This document shows positions 61,551 to 64,000 of a stretch of 64,000 bases of DNA, piece after piece. Within the stretch, counting starts at the first letter, position 1; each line of letters starts with the position of its first letter. The notes beneath the pieces were generated by a model that worked only from the letters and a program-made list of their open reading frames with translations, did not search any database and was not told the DNA's origin. Both the position numbers and the translations under genes were made by a program. The stretch is from Octopus vulgaris (Eukaryota). The stretch covers positions 164,424,001 to 164,488,000 of the forward strand of contig OX597817.1 in NCBI GenBank assembly GCA_951406725.2. Direction: 5' to 3'.

Positions 61551-62306
61551 GTAAGTTTATAACATTTTCATTTTCCCGGCTATTCACACATATGTGCACA
61601 TAAAAATGTAAGGTAAACTTATAAACCTTATGTTTTTAATTGACAGACATTTTGCCTCATTGTGAAAAATAGACACTCAGATTAAACCACAGGTTTTTTT
61701 TCCTTTCTCTCTGATTAAATATCAATCGCTTTTGTTGGTGAAGGGAAAAAACATGGTTTAACTAGTGTCAACTTTTCACAGAAAGGTTTTAAGCATATTG
61801 AATGCTTACTTAAAATACACACTTGTAAGTTTACCAATATTTCTGTGTATGATAACAATGTATAGTGCTTCTATTTATAAATAGATGTGTGTGTGTGTTT
61901 GCATAGAGTTTTTCTTAATAAGAACAAGAATAAGTTATGAATATTCTTTCTCTCTCATATCTCCTCAATATTGATAAATAAAACTTAATATAAGCATTTC
62001 TTTGGGAATTGAAATTTAAATGCTTTCAAAATTATATTAAAAATATTTTCATCATTGTCATTTACTTCTCATCTTCAATTTAATATCTGCTTTTCTATGA
62101 GTACTGCATTAATTGAATTGAACTTATCCCACATCTTTTTCTCTGCTGGGCCCAATAACATAAGATGTGCTAGAATCATTTTATTCCAAGCTTTCTTTTG
62201 TCTACTTTTGTTTCTTCTGCTGAAGAAGTTGCTACATTTTATTATTATTATAAAACTGAAACAAAATTACTGGCCTTGTGCCAAAATTTGAAAGCGTTGT
62301 TTTAAA

Positions 62307-62525
62307 GGTGGAGACTTGACAGAATTGTTAGAATGCCAGACAAAATACATAGCAGCATTTCTTCCAGTTTCACATTCTAAGTTTAAATGCTACTGAAGTT
62401 GACTTTGCTTTTCATCCTTTTGGAGTTGATAAAATAAGAACCAGTGGAGCTCTGGGATTGATGCATTCAACTATCCCCTTTCTCCAAAATTTCAGGATTT
62501 GTGCCTGTAAGAGAAAGGATTATTA
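62307..62525 (+). mobile_element. Diverged Nin/Deu SINE just upstream of USO1 exon 5
   Basis: Same family motifs; bracketed by ATTATTATAAAACTGAA at 62244-62260 and 62519-62535. Confidence 0.8.
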
Positions 62526-62577
62526 TAAAACTGAATTCTTTTGTTCTCATTTTCTAGTTATATTGTTTCTTTTTCAG

Positions 62578-62699
62578 ATTCTATGTCACTGACAGAAGAT
62601 GAATTGTCAAATCACATTCCAGATGACTTAGGGGGTCAGTTCACTGAAATTTTTATAAAGTCCACAGAGAATGTCACACTATTACTATTGCTATTGGAA
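62578..62699 (+). CDS. USO1: p115 coding exon 5 (gene continues beyond the window)
   Basis: ttttcag|(D)SMSLTEDELSNHIPDDLGGQFTEIFIKSTENVTLLLLLLE|gtgagt; compare human EDLGSQFTEIFIKQQENVTLLLSLLE; phase 1-0. Confidence 0.96.
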
Positions 62700-62803
62700 G
62701 TGAGTAAAGTATTCACCTTCTCTTTAAATAAGACATTACCAGCTTAAGAAAAATATGCTATTTGTGATTGTTGTTTATATCTTGTAAATTCATAATTTCT
62801 AAG

Positions 62804-63021
62804 CCCTTTAGCATTCAGATTACTATCAAATGTAATGCTTATTTATTCACATTGTTTTGAATTAACCCTGCATTTTCTCACAGTTTCAAGATTTTGATGA
62901 CGTGCTTGTTTATTTTTGGAAATACATTGTAAGGAAGATGTAGAGGCAGGATCTAGTCTGTTTGAGCATAAAATGGGTAGAATATATGGGTCAGATATGG
63001 CTGATTTAAATGCTAAATGGT
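62804..63021. mobile_element. Older piggyBac-like MITE of a second family
   Basis: Ends CCCTTTAGCATTCAGAT / ATTTAAATGCTAAATGG; TTAA-like flanks decayed. Confidence 0.55.
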
Positions 63022-64000
63022 TGATACAAGAATTGAAATTTTTGTGAGCACCCTTAATATTTTCTACTTTTGCACATGTCCCTCTGTTTCTAAATATTTA
63101 TCTCCCAGTTGTCCATTTAGTTTCATTAATTTCAATCAATATTTCTGTTGTTCTTTGTTAATTTTAACATCTGTTTTTCTCTACTAGTGTTCTTGCAAAA
63201 ATATTGATTTTAAGGCAGGATATTACAGCCAGATGCTCTTCCTTTCCTCACCAATCCTCACTCATTTTTCAAGTAGGGGATCTTTTTATTTCACGGGTCT
63301 TTGAAAGCACACAATGACTAGTGGTAATGTCAGCAACATAATCAACATTTATCAAATGGTGAAAAATGAAATATCAAATCCATGCACATTCACACACATA
63401 CACTCATATATGCAACAGGCTTCCTCCAGTTTCCATGTAGTAAGATTCATTCATAAAACATTAGTCAACCTAGGGCTATTGTAGAAGACACTTGCCCAAG
63501 GCACCATGCAGTGAACTGAACCCAGAAACCTGAAGCCATGTGGTTTTAAAGCAGACTTAACTACACAGTCATGCCTTGAGTTTTCAGTCATAAATCTATG
63601 TTGTCTTATATCTTATATTTTAATTGTAAAAGAAAAGAATAAAAGACAAGAACTAGAATCTTAAGAAACTAGTTGTGGTCTGCATAAGCACTAAAGCAGT
63701 TAATGAAATCTGTAAAATTGAAGGGCTCTTGCCCAAAATGTCAGAACTGACTTCTCCCTTTGCCTCATGAACTTATCTTATTTTTTGGATTTTAGATTTT
63801 ATCTGTCTGTCTATTTGGAGAATATATACAGTATATATGAAATATGATATAATGATCTGTGTTAAAAGGAGTATAGAGCCATGAAGCAACAATATCCCTT
63901 ACAAATATTTGAACTTACTTGGTCAAAATTTATTTGAAAATCCTGAATTATATTATTAGAAAATTGATTATCCGGAACCTTTTATATTCTTTTACCATTA

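Noticed and set aside
62551-62577. Alternative AG acceptor 20 nt upstream of USO1 exon 5
   Set aside because: Would shift the frame; the 62578 acceptor restores p115 homology

Overview
AT-rich, microsatellite- and SINE-dense animal genomic DNA. The repeat landscape points to a coleoid cephalopod, probably Octopus (inference, no search run). Two protein-coding genes lie on the + strand. The first is a BTB-BACK-Kelch gene most like KLHL24, with a complete CDS in two exons (18210-18821 and 22632-23744, 574 aa). The second is the first five coding exons of USO1/p115 (ATG at 42940), which continues beyond the window. The rest is mostly mobile DNA: a fairly young 5'-truncated CR1/L2-type LINE nested in a hAT MITE, RTE LINE relics plus many RTE 3'-tail copies, REL-endonuclease LINE relics (HERO-like and R4/Dong-like) that the ORF track misses, tRNA-derived SINE families, piggyBac and Tc1/mariner MITEs, a non-autonomous Helitron and Penelope-like fragments. 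The most notable non-obvious feature is a ~465-bp foldback in the KLHL24-like intron whose two arms each carry a type I hammerhead ribozyme; the sense-strand copy (19589-19654) has an intact catalytic core. Most short ORFs in the supplied track are spurious translations of repeats. Repeat boundaries were read by eye and are approximate unless target-site duplications (TSDs) are quoted.
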